In this document: one piece after another, positions 49,931-59,148 of the stretch
Layout of the letters: each line of letters opens with the position of its first letter
Numbering within the stretch: the stretch's first letter is position 1
Position numbers and translations under genes: made by a program
Source of the DNA: Candidatus Omnitrophota bacterium
GTDB taxonomy: Bacteria; Omnitrophota; Gorgyraeia; Zapsychrales; JANLHA01
Assembly (NCBI GenBank): GCA_022711395.1
Contig: JAKLFA010000002.1
Span: 451,864 to 515,863 of the forward strand
Length of the DNA: 64,000 bases
Direction of reading: 5' to 3'
The notes under the pieces: model-generated
What the model was told of the DNA's origin: nothing
The model's database searches: none
What the model saw: only the letters and a program-made list of their open reading frames with translations

Positions 49931-51573
49931 TACGGAGTCCCTCCCGCTGAAGATTGAGACCGGAGCAGCGCCGCCAACATCGAATTGACAACCGTGTTCA
50001 CATCATAAACATAAAGTCTGCCCTGGGAAAATCCATCCTTTTTCGCGGCATTCAAAAAATGGACCGACTGGAGCAGATTTCCGGAATGTTCAAAGACGAA
50101 GCGTTCAAGCATCACATCGCTGAAATGAGAGAATTCTTTGACCGGCCGAACGGTTCTCTTTAAATATTCCAGATATCCGATCAGCTCGAACGGAAAGCGC
50201 TCCTTGCCGGGGATCCATGAAACATACGCCTGCGGGTCGATGACCAAGAACCGGTACCCTTCCGCCAACCCTTGCGCCAGTCCTTCAAAGGAATTGGGGC
50301 AGGGTTTGACCTGCTCCAGCCTCGAAGCATACAAACTCTGAACGATATCCTGCGTCGAGAACCACTTTGCCTGAGGATCCTGGCTCAAAATATATTCAGC
50401 TGATGTGCGATAATCCGACCGGATCAACGCAACCGCGTAAGACTTGACCGCCAGCCCCGCTATCATCGCGACGCAAAGGCCTGCGACCGCGGCTTTGGCC
50501 TGCCAGCGGGAAAAACGCTCATAAAAAGACACGATCCCGAAAGCCACGGACATGGCCATAAACGGATATGTAATGCACAGGTACCTCGCCCCTTTTTCAG
50601 ACGGCAGAGAAAAGATCGCCATCATTAAAAGCACGAAGACCATGGGCAGCATTTTTGAGAACGTTCCTTTTTTGAAACCATAAAAGCTCAAAAAAAACAT
50701 CAGCCCGAACAGCCAGTGTTCCAGCCGGAACAAATAATACGGATATGAGAGAAAATTGACCGGATGAAAGACCTCGCCAGCCATTTGTGCCTGATGGAAC
50801 ATCCAGGCAAAGGTCAGGAATGTGTTGCGACCGTTATCGATATTGCCGATCACAAACACCCCCGCGGTGAACATCAGAAGCGCCGTGACCAAACGCCTTT
50901 CATCGACCCGTTTAGAACCGAACCATGCCAGCCATAATTCCACCATGATGATCGGAACCGGCAGGATGATCAGACGGTAATTTGAAAAAAAACAGGCCGC
51001 GAAGATCGCGCCTGAAACAAAACTACGCCAATTATACTGCCGGCTGAAAACATAAAGATACAGTCCCAGCGAGACCAGAAACGTGCTCAACGCCTCCTGC
51101 ATGCCGATCCGTGAATAAAAAACATGGCTCGGCAGAAGCGCCAGGATCGCCAACGACAGACCGGCCACGGCCTTGGAAGCATACCATCTCCTGGCAAAAC
51201 GGTAGACGATCAAAAGGGTCGCACATCCGAAAACGCTGGCCATGATCCGCGCGTAGAACCATGTCCGGAAAAGCCCAAAAAAGATCCGGCTGTCGGCGAT
51301 GGCGAACCACAGCGATTTTCCGCTGGCCAAACATGAACTGATATAAGCATAAAGAGCCTTGCCGAACTCAGAAAGGCTTTTTGGAAAATACACCGTGAAG
51401 ATCTGCCCCAGCACCCGGTTGTGATTTAAATACAGCCCCTCATCATAAAAAACGAAATCATTCTGCGCGATATTCCAGGCCCGAAAAACAAGGCCAAAAA
51501 CAACGCAAAGGATCACGCTCAAAAGAAAAAAACGGCTAAGCCGCTCATGGTTGAAGAATGACGTATTCGTCAT
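49930..51573 (-). CDS. Glycosyltransferase family 39 (ArnT/PMT-like) polytopic membrane protein
   Basis: More than 10 TM helices. N-terminal loop 'FYDEGLYLNH' resembles the GT-C DE-motif region. Start at MTNTSFF (51573) gives an ATGA overlap with the GT2 gene stop. Confidence 0.65.
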   Translation of the reverse strand: MTNTSFFNHERLSRFFLLSVILCVVFGLVFRAWNIAQNDFVFYDEGLYLNHNRVLGQIFTVYFPKSLSEFGKALYAYISSCLASGKSLWFAIADSRIFFGLFRTWFYARIMASVFGCATLLIVYRFARRWYASKAVAGLSLAILALLPSHVFYSRIGMQEALSTFLVSLGLYLYVFSRQYNWRSFVSGAIFAACFFSNYRLIILPVPIIMVELWLAWFGSKRVDERRLVTALLMFTAGVFVIGNIDNGRNTFLTFAWMFHQAQMAGEVFHPVNFLSYPYYLFRLEHWLFGLMFFLSFYGFKKGTFSKMLPMVFVLLMMAIFSLPSEKGARYLCITYPFMAMSVAFGIVSFYERFSRWQAKAAVAGLCVAMIAGLAVKSYAVALIRSDYRTSAEYILSQDPQAKWFSTQDIVQSLYASRLEQVKPCPNSFEGLAQGLAEGYRFLVIDPQAYVSWIPGKERFPFELIGYLEYLKRTVRPVKEFSHFSDVMLERFVFEHSGNLLQSVHFLNAAKKDGFSQGRLYVYDVNTVVNSMLAALLRSQSSAGGTP

Positions 51574-52331
51574 TTTTTGATCCCCATCCCCAGCAAAAAA
51601 AGCGGGCGTAAAATACTCCACCATCCTGAAAAAGGCCTCATCTTCGTATAGCCCTCTTTGTGATCAGGATAAATTTTCTTCACGGCAACTTCCTTGACCT
51701 TATACCCTAAACGGATCGCCTTATAAAAAAGATACGGTTCCAGCTCATACTGATCAAGCCAGTCTTGCGCAAGATCGATCCTCGGGTCATCGCAAAGAGA
51801 CAACCGGACAGCGCGAAATCCGTTGGTGCTGTCCGTGATCTTCATTCCGGAAAACAATGAAAAGAACAACGGGTGCACATACTTCGTCGCTAAAAGCCGA
51901 TAGAACGGCATATTCCCATACGCCCCTCCCGGCAAATAACGCGAACCCTGGACAAAATCATACCCCTGCTCGACCGCCTCCATAAGCGCCGGGACATCCG
52001 CGGCATCATCCTTATCATTGCCGGAAACAAAAACGACGACCGCGTATCCATATTGTTTGGCATAATCGATGATCTGCCGTGTCCCGTAACCAGCCCCCAT
52101 CGGCCGCTCGTTACGCATCATGCGAATACGATTGTCCAAAGACAGGGCACGGATCGATCCATCCGTGGACCCGTCATCGATCAGAAGGACATCATACCGG
52201 CTGAAATCATTGAACTTTTCGATAACGCGGCGTATCTTGTCTCCTTCATTATAGGAGCATATACCGAGCAGACAGGACTTTGGAGAGTTCGGGGAAAAAG
52301 ACATAGATGTATGATACCCAGTTTTCAGCAT
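51570..52331 (-). CDS. Glycosyltransferase family 2 (polyprenyl-phosphate sugar synthase-like)
   Basis: 'VLLIDDGSTDGS' and 'VVFVSGNDKDD' DXD-type motifs. ArnC/DPM1-like length. Confidence 0.75.
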   Translation of the reverse strand: MLKTGYHTSMSFSPNSPKSCLLGICSYNEGDKIRRVIEKFNDFSRYDVLLIDDGSTDGSIRALSLDNRIRMMRNERPMGAGYGTRQIIDYAKQYGYAVVVFVSGNDKDDAADVPALMEAVEQGYDFVQGSRYLPGGAYGNMPFYRLLATKYVHPLFFSLFSGMKITDSTNGFRAVRLSLCDDPRIDLAQDWLDQYELEPYLFYKAIRLGYKVKEVAVKKIYPDHKEGYTKMRPFSGWWSILRPLFLLGMGIKK

Positions 52332-52397
52332 TTTTTCAAAAAGTATTTATATTAATATTAAATATTGGTTTTAAAACCGGCAAAAACGGAAGGTCCT

Positions 52398-52826
52398 TTA
52401 AAGAAAAGGGTCGAGGCTGGAGCGTGATATGCGCTTACGGGACTGCTTACGCTGCGAACGTTGGCGCTTATTTTCTAGGACAGCTTCCTGGACTTTGCGT
52501 AAACGTTTGCGTTTTCGGGCGTTTTCTTTGAAACGTTCAGCCGATGCCGCCCGACGGCAGGCCGCTTTCCGCGCTTTGAGCTTCTCGATCAGGACCTCCC
52601 GAGCGCGGAGGCGGTTCGCCGCCTGGCTGCGGAACGATGATTCCTTAACACGGATGCCGGACGGCTTATGAAAAAGCTCAACACAGGTCGCCACCTTGTT
52701 GACGTTCTGCCCGCCGGGCCCGGAAGCAAGGATAAACTTTTCACAAAGGTCCTCTTCCCTGACCCCCACCTCGCTCAGGCGCGTTGAAATATCCGCTCCT
52801 TTTTTTGATCTCAGTTGATCAGGCAT
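52398..52826 (-). CDS. arfB: Alternative ribosome-rescue factor ArfB (peptidyl-tRNA hydrolase)
   Basis: '[14 protein letters not shown]' GGQ motif and basic C-terminal tail. Confidence 0.85.
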   Translation of the reverse strand: MPDQLRSKKGADISTRLSEVGVREEDLCEKFILASGPGGQNVNKVATCVELFHKPSGIRVKESSFRSQAANRLRAREVLIEKLKARKAACRRAASAERFKENARKRKRLRKVQEAVLENKRQRSQRKQSRKRISRSSLDPFL

Positions 52827-53685
52827 GCGAAACTTTCTTTTTGTATAAAATAGCGGCCCAAGCCTTTCCTCTCAAGATCCGGCGACAGACAAGCTCGCGG
52901 CTTTTGAACGAACGGCGAAAGCGCTCAAGGTTCTTTAGTGAAATCCCGGAAACCGCCAAAGTTCCGCCAGGGGCGACGCTTCCGATAATTCTATCTTTCA
53001 TGGAAATAAGCTCATCCGTGATGATATTGGCCGCGACATAATCAAAGACTCCCTCAAGGATGATCTGCCTGAAATCCCCGGACCGGACCGAGTCAAATTC
53101 CAAATGATTGGCTTTCATGTTCTCCTGGGCCGTCACGACACTGTTGGGATCAATATCGACTGCCCACAGCTCTTTCGCTCCGCATTTCGCTGCGATGACC
53201 GAAAGAAGCCCCGTGCCGGTCCCGATATCCAAAAACCGTTTGAACGGACCCTTGTGCCACTCGATCAGATATGCCATAAAGCGCGTGGTCTCATGCAGCC
53301 CGGTCCCGAAAGCCAGGGTCGTGTCCAAAAATAACGGTTCGCGAGGTGAACGCTTTCGCGACTTGCTCCACGCTGGAACAACATCAAAACGGTCCGTGAG
53401 CTTAAACGGCTTGAGGTCTTTTTTCCAGCGGTCCCGCCAATCCTCCGTCCTCAAAGTCTTTTGACGGATCCGAATTCCCTTCAAATGACAAGCTCGGAGC
53501 TTCTTCAAAACTTCCTGAAGGCGGCCTTCACGTTCAAAAAACACCGAAAGGCACACCCCCTGTTTCGGCACTGTTTTTTCGATCACGCGCTCTGGAGCGA
53601 TCCCGATATTGGCCAACAGTTCGATCAGGATATGGACCGATACAGCCCCCGCTGAAATGTTTGTTATTTGAAGTTCATGGATCAT
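52819..53685 (-). CDS. prmA: Ribosomal protein L11 methyltransferase
   Basis: '[30 protein letters not shown]' and PrmA-type N-terminal domain. Confidence 0.8.
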   Translation of the reverse strand: MIHELQITNISAGAVSVHILIELLANIGIAPERVIEKTVPKQGVCLSVFFEREGRLQEVLKKLRACHLKGIRIRQKTLRTEDWRDRWKKDLKPFKLTDRFDVVPAWSKSRKRSPREPLFLDTTLAFGTGLHETTRFMAYLIEWHKGPFKRFLDIGTGTGLLSVIAAKCGAKELWAVDIDPNSVVTAQENMKANHLEFDSVRSGDFRQIILEGVFDYVAANIITDELISMKDRIIGSVAPGGTLAVSGISLKNLERFRRSFKSRELVCRRILRGKAWAAILYKKKVSHA

Positions 53686-53736
53686 GAAAAAAAGCCGCTG
53701 AAAAAATTTCAGCGGCCCTTAGACAAAAGATAGACC

Positions 53737-54777
53737 TTAAATTTTCGCGATCTTGATCGCATTGCGCCCTGCCTTCTTGACATCATACATCGCGTTATCA
53801 GCCAAGGCCAAAAGATCCTTGGCGTCCTTTGCCTTTTTGGGTGAATAACCGGCGATCCCGATACTCAACGTAATATAAAATTTGATCACGTTCTTATACC
53901 GGAACAATGTCTTGGCAAAAATCTTCTGCAGCCGTTGGGCCGCGAAATTGGCGTTACGCGCGCTTGTTTCAGGAAGGATCACCACGAACTCATCCCCGCC
54001 ATATCGTCCGATGACATCCACTTTCCGAAAACAATCCTTGATCATATCCGCGACCTTCTTGAGGATCTGATCGCCTTTTTGATGGCCGAACTTGTCGTTA
54101 ATGACCTTAAAAAAATCCAGGTCGATCATCATACACGACAATTCAAGGCCGTAACGCTTGGCGCGGATCAGCTCAATATCAAGTTTATCAAGGATCGCGC
54201 TTTGATTATAAAGACGCGTCATACCATCGATCTGAGCTTCTTTTCTGAGCTTGCGTTCGATCCGTTTCCAGGCGGTAATATCCTGTAGGGTCACCAGGAC
54301 ATGGCCCAGCGATGTCCCATATTTTTTCGGCACGGAAACACGGATAAAAATGTCCTGCTGCCGGTTTCGGGCGATCGAGCATTTCAGTTCACCCGAAAAC
54401 TCGCCCTCCCCGGAGAGTAAAGACACCAGCTGTTCCACAAAAACGTCAAAGGATTTTCCACAATAAGCCCGGACCAAAGCTTCCGAAAAGTTGGCCGCCG
54501 TGCGCACCCCATACAACGACAATGCGGTGTCATTGACGAGACCGACCTTGAATTTTTTAGCGACGGCTTTGATCTGGGTTGCATGTTTGTAAAGATATTG
54601 CCGGATCTCGGAGCGTTCAACGCCTTTCAGTTTCTGCTGAATTTCAGAAAGGCCGCTATAATCAAAATCCACGATCGCCACCGGGACCTCATTGAAAAGC
54701 GTCTTGTAAATATCCTTCGCCTGGGGCATGCCTCCTCCTTGCAATTTCAGTTGACCGTCATGATTATATCCGTCCAA
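53737..54777 (-). CDS. PAS-GGDEF diguanylate cyclase
   Basis: N-terminal PAS. GGDEF domain with RxxD I-site 'RKVD' five residues before 'RYGGDEF'. Confidence 0.85.
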   Translation of the reverse strand: MDGYNHDGQLKLQGGGMPQAKDIYKTLFNEVPVAIVDFDYSGLSEIQQKLKGVERSEIRQYLYKHATQIKAVAKKFKVGLVNDTALSLYGVRTAANFSEALVRAYCGKSFDVFVEQLVSLLSGEGEFSGELKCSIARNRQQDIFIRVSVPKKYGTSLGHVLVTLQDITAWKRIERKLRKEAQIDGMTRLYNQSAILDKLDIELIRAKRYGLELSCMMIDLDFFKVINDKFGHQKGDQILKKVADMIKDCFRKVDVIGRYGGDEFVVILPETSARNANFAAQRLQKIFAKTLFRYKNVIKFYITLSIGIAGYSPKKAKDAKDLLALADNAMYDVKKAGRNAIKIAKI

Positions 54778-54839
54778 GGAGACAGAAACAAATCTTTTTA
54801 GGAAAAATTTGCGGAATCTGCACCGGCTTCAAGGCCGCC

Positions 54840-56468
54840 TTATTTAAAAGAGATCAGGGATGGATCATAGTCCTGCGGCTTTTCAAATCCAAGCAAGTTC
54901 AAAAGAGTCGCCGCGACATTGGAAAGCCCTCGCTTATCGAGAACGCCGATCTCATACTCCCCCTTAAATCCTGAATCGATGATCGCGAAGGGAACAGGGT
55001 TCAGGGAATGCGCCGTACTGACCGCTCTCTTTCCCTTGCTTTCCTTGAAAAGCTCATCGGCATTACCGTGGTCTGCCGTGACCACTACCACACCCCCGAG
55101 AGCGCAGACCGTATCAATCAGCTTCTGTGTGCAGGCATCGACTGTTTCGACCGCAGTAATGACCGCGTCCTTGATCCCGGTATGGCCGACCATGTCACCA
55201 TTAGCGAAATTCACCCGCCCAAAACGGAATTTCCCGGACTTCAGGAGCTCGATGGTCTTTTCCGTGATCTCAAAAGCCTTCATCTTCGGAGCGCGGTCAA
55301 ACTGGATCCTGTCGGAAGGGATCTCGACATAAAGTTCCTGACTTTTATCGATGTAGCCTGAATTGTTCCCGTTCCAGAAATAAGTCACATGCCCGTATTT
55401 TTGCGTCTCCGAGATCGCAAAAGACGTGACGCCATTCGCGCAGAGATACTGCCCGATCGTCTTGTCGATTTCCGGAGGCGAAACAAGAAAGTGTCCCGGG
55501 ATATGCAGGTCTCCGTCATATTCCATCATCCCGGCATAAAACACATTCGGGACACGCTCACGGTCAAACTTGTCAAACTCCTTGCCCATTTCAAACGCCT
55601 GCGACAATTCAATGGCCCGGTCTCCCCGAAAATTGAAAAACACGACCGTATCCCCGTCCTGGATCGCGCCCACAGGCTTTCCGTTCTCCGCGATCACAAA
55701 GGAGTCCAAATATTGATCAGTGATCTTAGGGTCTTCCGCGTAATATGTCTGGACTGCTTCTGCAGCTGAAGAAAACGCCCGGGCCTTACCTAAAACATGC
55801 GCATCCCAACCCCGCTTGACCACGCTCCAGTCAGCATTATACCGGTCCATTGTGGTGACCATGCGGCCGCCGCCGGATGCGATGCGATAATCCGTTTTGT
55901 ATGTTTCATTCAATTCTTTCAAAACAGTTTCTGTTTTTTCGATATAGGTCACCGCTGAACGCTCATAAACATCCCGGCCATCCTGAAGTGCATGGATCCT
56001 TACCTTTTTGACCCCCTCCTGCGCACAGGTTCTTAGCATGACAAGAAGATGGTCGATGTGCGAATGGACATTCCCATCCGATAATAAACCGATAAAATGC
56101 AGCGTCGCTCCCGATTTAGCCGGAGATGTCACCTTACCCCAAACATCCGTCTTAAAAATGCTTTTGTCGTCAATGGCGCTCTGGACACGCTTTGCCCCCT
56201 GCGCGAACACCCTTCCGGCACCGAGCGCGTTATGACCAACCTCACTGTTTCCCATATCATCATCAGACGGCATTCCTACCGCTGTTCCGTGCGCTTTTAG
56301 TTGAGTGTAAAGCTTCTGCCCCATCAATTTATCCAAACATGGGGTCTTCGCCAAAAAAACGCCATCACTCTCATCGCGTTTGCCGATCCCAACACCATCC
56401 ATAATGATCAATAACAGCGGCCCTTTGCGACCAGAGAATTTTTTCAATCGTTTAAGTTCAAAAGACAT
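54840..56468 (-). CDS. gpmI: 2,3-bisphosphoglycerate-independent phosphoglycerate mutase
   Basis: 'LLIIMDGVGIG', 'SEVGHNALGAGR', 'ADHGNAD' iPGM motifs. 542 aa. Confidence 0.9.
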   Translation of the reverse strand: MSFELKRLKKFSGRKGPLLLIIMDGVGIGKRDESDGVFLAKTPCLDKLMGQKLYTQLKAHGTAVGMPSDDDMGNSEVGHNALGAGRVFAQGAKRVQSAIDDKSIFKTDVWGKVTSPAKSGATLHFIGLLSDGNVHSHIDHLLVMLRTCAQEGVKKVRIHALQDGRDVYERSAVTYIEKTETVLKELNETYKTDYRIASGGGRMVTTMDRYNADWSVVKRGWDAHVLGKARAFSSAAEAVQTYYAEDPKITDQYLDSFVIAENGKPVGAIQDGDTVVFFNFRGDRAIELSQAFEMGKEFDKFDRERVPNVFYAGMMEYDGDLHIPGHFLVSPPEIDKTIGQYLCANGVTSFAISETQKYGHVTYFWNGNNSGYIDKSQELYVEIPSDRIQFDRAPKMKAFEITEKTIELLKSGKFRFGRVNFANGDMVGHTGIKDAVITAVETVDACTQKLIDTVCALGGVVVVTADHGNADELFKESKGKRAVSTAHSLNPVPFAIIDSGFKGEYEIGVLDKRGLSNVAATLLNLLGFEKPQDYDPSLISFK

Positions 56469-56555
56469 GAACAGCTCCCTTCACAGTTAAACATCTTTCC
56501 AATATGTCGACCGATTGTACACAAAATTTCATGAAATGTTAACATTTTTTTGCAC

Positions 56556-56586
56556 GAAAGGCCATGGGATATCCATGGCCTTTTGG
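56556..56586 (-). terminator. Putative terminator hairpin (AAAGGCCATGG-gatat-CCATGGCCTTT)
   Basis: Perfect 11-bp inverted repeat about 20 nt downstream of the 56602..56901 gene on the minus strand. U-tract is poor on the minus strand and better on the plus strand. Confidence 0.4.
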
Positions 56587-56601
56587 AAAGAAATCACGAT
56601 T

Positions 56602-56901
56602 CTACCTAAGATATGACTTTGCGTGGCGCTTGCGTGGCGTTTTATTAACAGCTGCGGATTTCGCGGCCGGCACTGATTGTGCAACAGGAGCAGAATTCCC
56701 ATTCTGTGCCCTTTTCAATACTTCCGGCATATGGTATTCGACCCATGCCTTTGAAAATCTCTTCAACCAATCCGCCTTCGCGTTCTCAAAACCAATATCA
56801 TAACCGAGCTTTTCACTTTCGATCCACAAATGGCGATCGATCTCGGCAATAACCCTTTTATCACTCAATAATTTATCAGAAATGGCGCTCTGCTCATTCA
56901 T
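56602..56901 (-). CDS. Hypothetical protein (99 aa)
   Basis: Complete ORF followed by a hairpin. Basic C-terminal tail. No motif recognised. Confidence 0.4.
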   Translation of the reverse strand: MNEQSAISDKLLSDKRVIAEIDRHLWIESEKLGYDIGFENAKADWLKRFSKAWVEYHMPEVLKRAQNGNSAPVAQSVPAAKSAAVNKTPRKRHAKSYLR

Positions 56902-57057
56902 TGAAATACCCTCCTTCTTAAGATGAAATTATTCTAAAACAAAGTTAACGCAATGTCAACCGAAAGATTCCTAAGACAATGATTTTCAAGGTATAACAAA
57001 AAGGCCCGAATGAATATCCGGGCCGTTTTAATAACGATCTGAATTTATGGTCTTGGT

Positions 57058-57261
57058 CTAACCTCTCACGACATTGCGAGCTTTGGAGCCCTTATCATCT
57101 TTAAACACTTCAAATACAACCGCATCCCCCTCATCCAGGCTTTTGTAGCCATCCTGCTGGATCTCACTGAAATGCACAAAAATATCGCCCTTTTCCTCCT
57201 CTGATTGAATGAATCCATAGCCTTTTTTCGCATTAAACCATTTCACCGTTCCTTTAGCCAT
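57058..57261 (-). CDS. cspA: Cold-shock protein (CspA family)
   Basis: '[15 protein letters not shown]' RNP1 and 'VFVHFS' RNP2 motifs. 67 aa. Long untranslated leader upstream (57262-57429). Confidence 0.95.
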   Translation of the reverse strand: MAKGTVKWFNAKKGYGFIQSEEEKGDIFVHFSEIQQDGYKSLDEGDAVVFEVFKDDKGSKARNVVRG

Positions 57262-57429
57262 CCCTCAAAACCTCCTTTTGGAAAATCTCCCAGTTCCAAG
57301 ATCCGATCTTGAATTCTGGTTATTCAAAGGCACACTGCTTTGCCGGATAATTTCATTTTAAAATTAGAGCATCCGCCTGTAAAGAAAAAATGGGGGTTTC
57401 TGCGAAGCATGAAAACCATTTGTCCCTGC

Positions 57430-58161
57430 CTATAAAATTCCAGCCAGATTCCGTTCTGCCAGCCAGCCGTGAATGTATAAAAACGAAAAGATCAGAAAGC
57501 ATGTGCTGTAAATAATGAAAATAACGCTGGCGCGCACTTTTTTCTGCTTAAAAGGATTCGCTAAAAGGACAAAAACATAAAACAAAATCGGCAAATAGGC
57601 GAGCGCCGCCGAAGAAAGGATCACCGTAAAGATCGAGAACAATGTTTCCTTAAATTCAAGAAAAATGCCGCGGTTCCTTAACCAGTTCAACACATAGATA
57701 CACGAAAACATGAAGATCCCTGCCCCATAGGCAAAGAATATCCTGTGAAAGATCTTTCCCTCTTCCGCATAGCGCAAAGGATTTTTTAAGATCAAATAAT
57801 AGGCAAAGGGAAGATACGTCGCAATCGCAAAACAAAATAGAACAATGGAAACCGTTGAAAGAATATTAAATGGATCGATCTCAAAACGGCCGCGTTGCAG
57901 AAAATTAAAAAGATACAGGATCAGGATGAGCCAAAAACAGATCCCATAAATGATCACCGCGCCACGGACACGCGTTTTTTTCTCTCTCCTTAAAGAAAAC
58001 TCTTTGGAAACCAGGAAAATCCCGATCTTGCGCGCCGTCTCAGCACGGTAAGACGCCAAGGGATTAAAGATCAAATATATGACGATCGGAAGAAAAGCCA
58101 GGACCGCAGGCCAGAAAACAAGCAAAAACACCTTGAGGAAAAGCCCAAAAAGAACGCCCAT
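57430..58161 (-). CDS. Hypothetical polytopic membrane protein
   Basis: 6-8 predicted TM helices. Directly upstream of the REC-pseudoREC/HK pair on the same strand. Confidence 0.5.
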   Translation of the reverse strand: MGVLFGLFLKVFLLVFWPAVLAFLPIVIYLIFNPLASYRAETARKIGIFLVSKEFSLRREKKTRVRGAVIIYGICFWLILILYLFNFLQRGRFEIDPFNILSTVSIVLFCFAIATYLPFAYYLILKNPLRYAEEGKIFHRIFFAYGAGIFMFSCIYVLNWLRNRGIFLEFKETLFSIFTVILSSAALAYLPILFYVFVLLANPFKQKKVRASVIFIIYSTCFLIFSFLYIHGWLAERNLAGIL

Positions 58162-58174
58162 TTTATGCCCCCGC

Positions 58175-59137
58175 TCATGCGCCTGTTAAAATCCGTTTTG
58201 CGATGCGGACCACTTCCGTCCCTTCCGCGCTCAAAATCTCTCCCCCGCTTGAACCATGCCCCTCAGACACTTTCTGAGTCAGACCGCTATATACGATCAC
58301 TGGAACATCCTTTAGAGGCATTCTGCCCTTAATCTCAGCGGCTAATTTTTCGGCGTCAATAAAATTCGGCATATTCCGCAACACGATCAGGTCGGGCCTA
58401 AGCCGCTGGACTTCTTTTATGCATTCGTTATACCCCAGGACCAGCTCAACAGCGCAATCACAAGCAAGAAAGACATTCTGCAAAACATGATATGGCGCTA
58501 TTTCCTTCTCAAGCACAACCACCTTCTTTTTAGCTGTCTGGGAATCGATCTTCGGCATGGACGCCGCCACAAGCTCAGCCTTTTTTCCCTCCTCGGGCTC
58601 TTTCAATCGTTTCTCATCAGGGTCCAGGTCCAGCGATGTGTTCTTAATGACCGCTTCATCCTGTGCCGTGATAACGACATCTGTCTTGGCTCCGCTCTTT
58701 TGTTGAGGCATTGCCGGAGCCGGAGGTTGAAACCCGGGAAGCGATCTACTTAAGACGTCCCTTATTTTTTCGATCAGCTGGCTCAGCTCGAACGGTTTCT
58801 CAAAAAAACAATCCACGCCGACCAGCTCAAAATAATCACGCATTTTCCCGCGCGCCGTGACAACAATAAACGGGATGTCTTTCCCGAAATCCAAAGCCTT
58901 GACTTTCTTAAGGAACTGGTTCCCGTCTGACTTCGGCATGATCACGTCTGAAATGATCAGGTCCGGCTTGAATTCCTGGACCATCCGGAACCCTTCATCT
59001 CCATCACGGGCCTGAAAGACCTGATAACCCAGATCGCTCAGTTTTTCAGAAACGATCGTGCGTATATCCTCTTCATCTTCGACGATCAAAATCAATATTT
59101 TTCTGTCCGAAACCATAACCGCCCCCTTCCGCTGCAT
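58175..59137 (-). CDS. Response regulator with an N-terminal receiver and a C-terminal degenerate (pseudo-)receiver
   Basis: First REC 'ILIVEDEEDIR...LIISDVIMPKSDG...FIVVTARG'. The second REC-like domain has 'VLEKE' in place of the acidic pocket and Arg where the phospho-Asp should be ('LIVLRNMP'). Confidence 0.7.
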   Translation of the reverse strand: MQRKGAVMVSDRKILILIVEDEEDIRTIVSEKLSDLGYQVFQARDGDEGFRMVQEFKPDLIISDVIMPKSDGNQFLKKVKALDFGKDIPFIVVTARGKMRDYFELVGVDCFFEKPFELSQLIEKIRDVLSRSLPGFQPPAPAMPQQKSGAKTDVVITAQDEAVIKNTSLDLDPDEKRLKEPEEGKKAELVAASMPKIDSQTAKKKVVVLEKEIAPYHVLQNVFLACDCAVELVLGYNECIKEVQRLRPDLIVLRNMPNFIDAEKLAAEIKGRMPLKDVPVIVYSGLTQKVSEGHGSSGGEILSAEGTEVVRIAKRILTGA

Positions 59138-59148
59138 CGCTCAATCTT

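Noticed and set aside
57262-57429. Possible riboswitch or sRNA in the 168-nt gap upstream of cspA
   Set aside because: This is most simply the long 5' UTR typical of cold-shock protein mRNAs. No recognisable riboswitch consensus was seen by eye. It was left unannotated beyond the cspA note.
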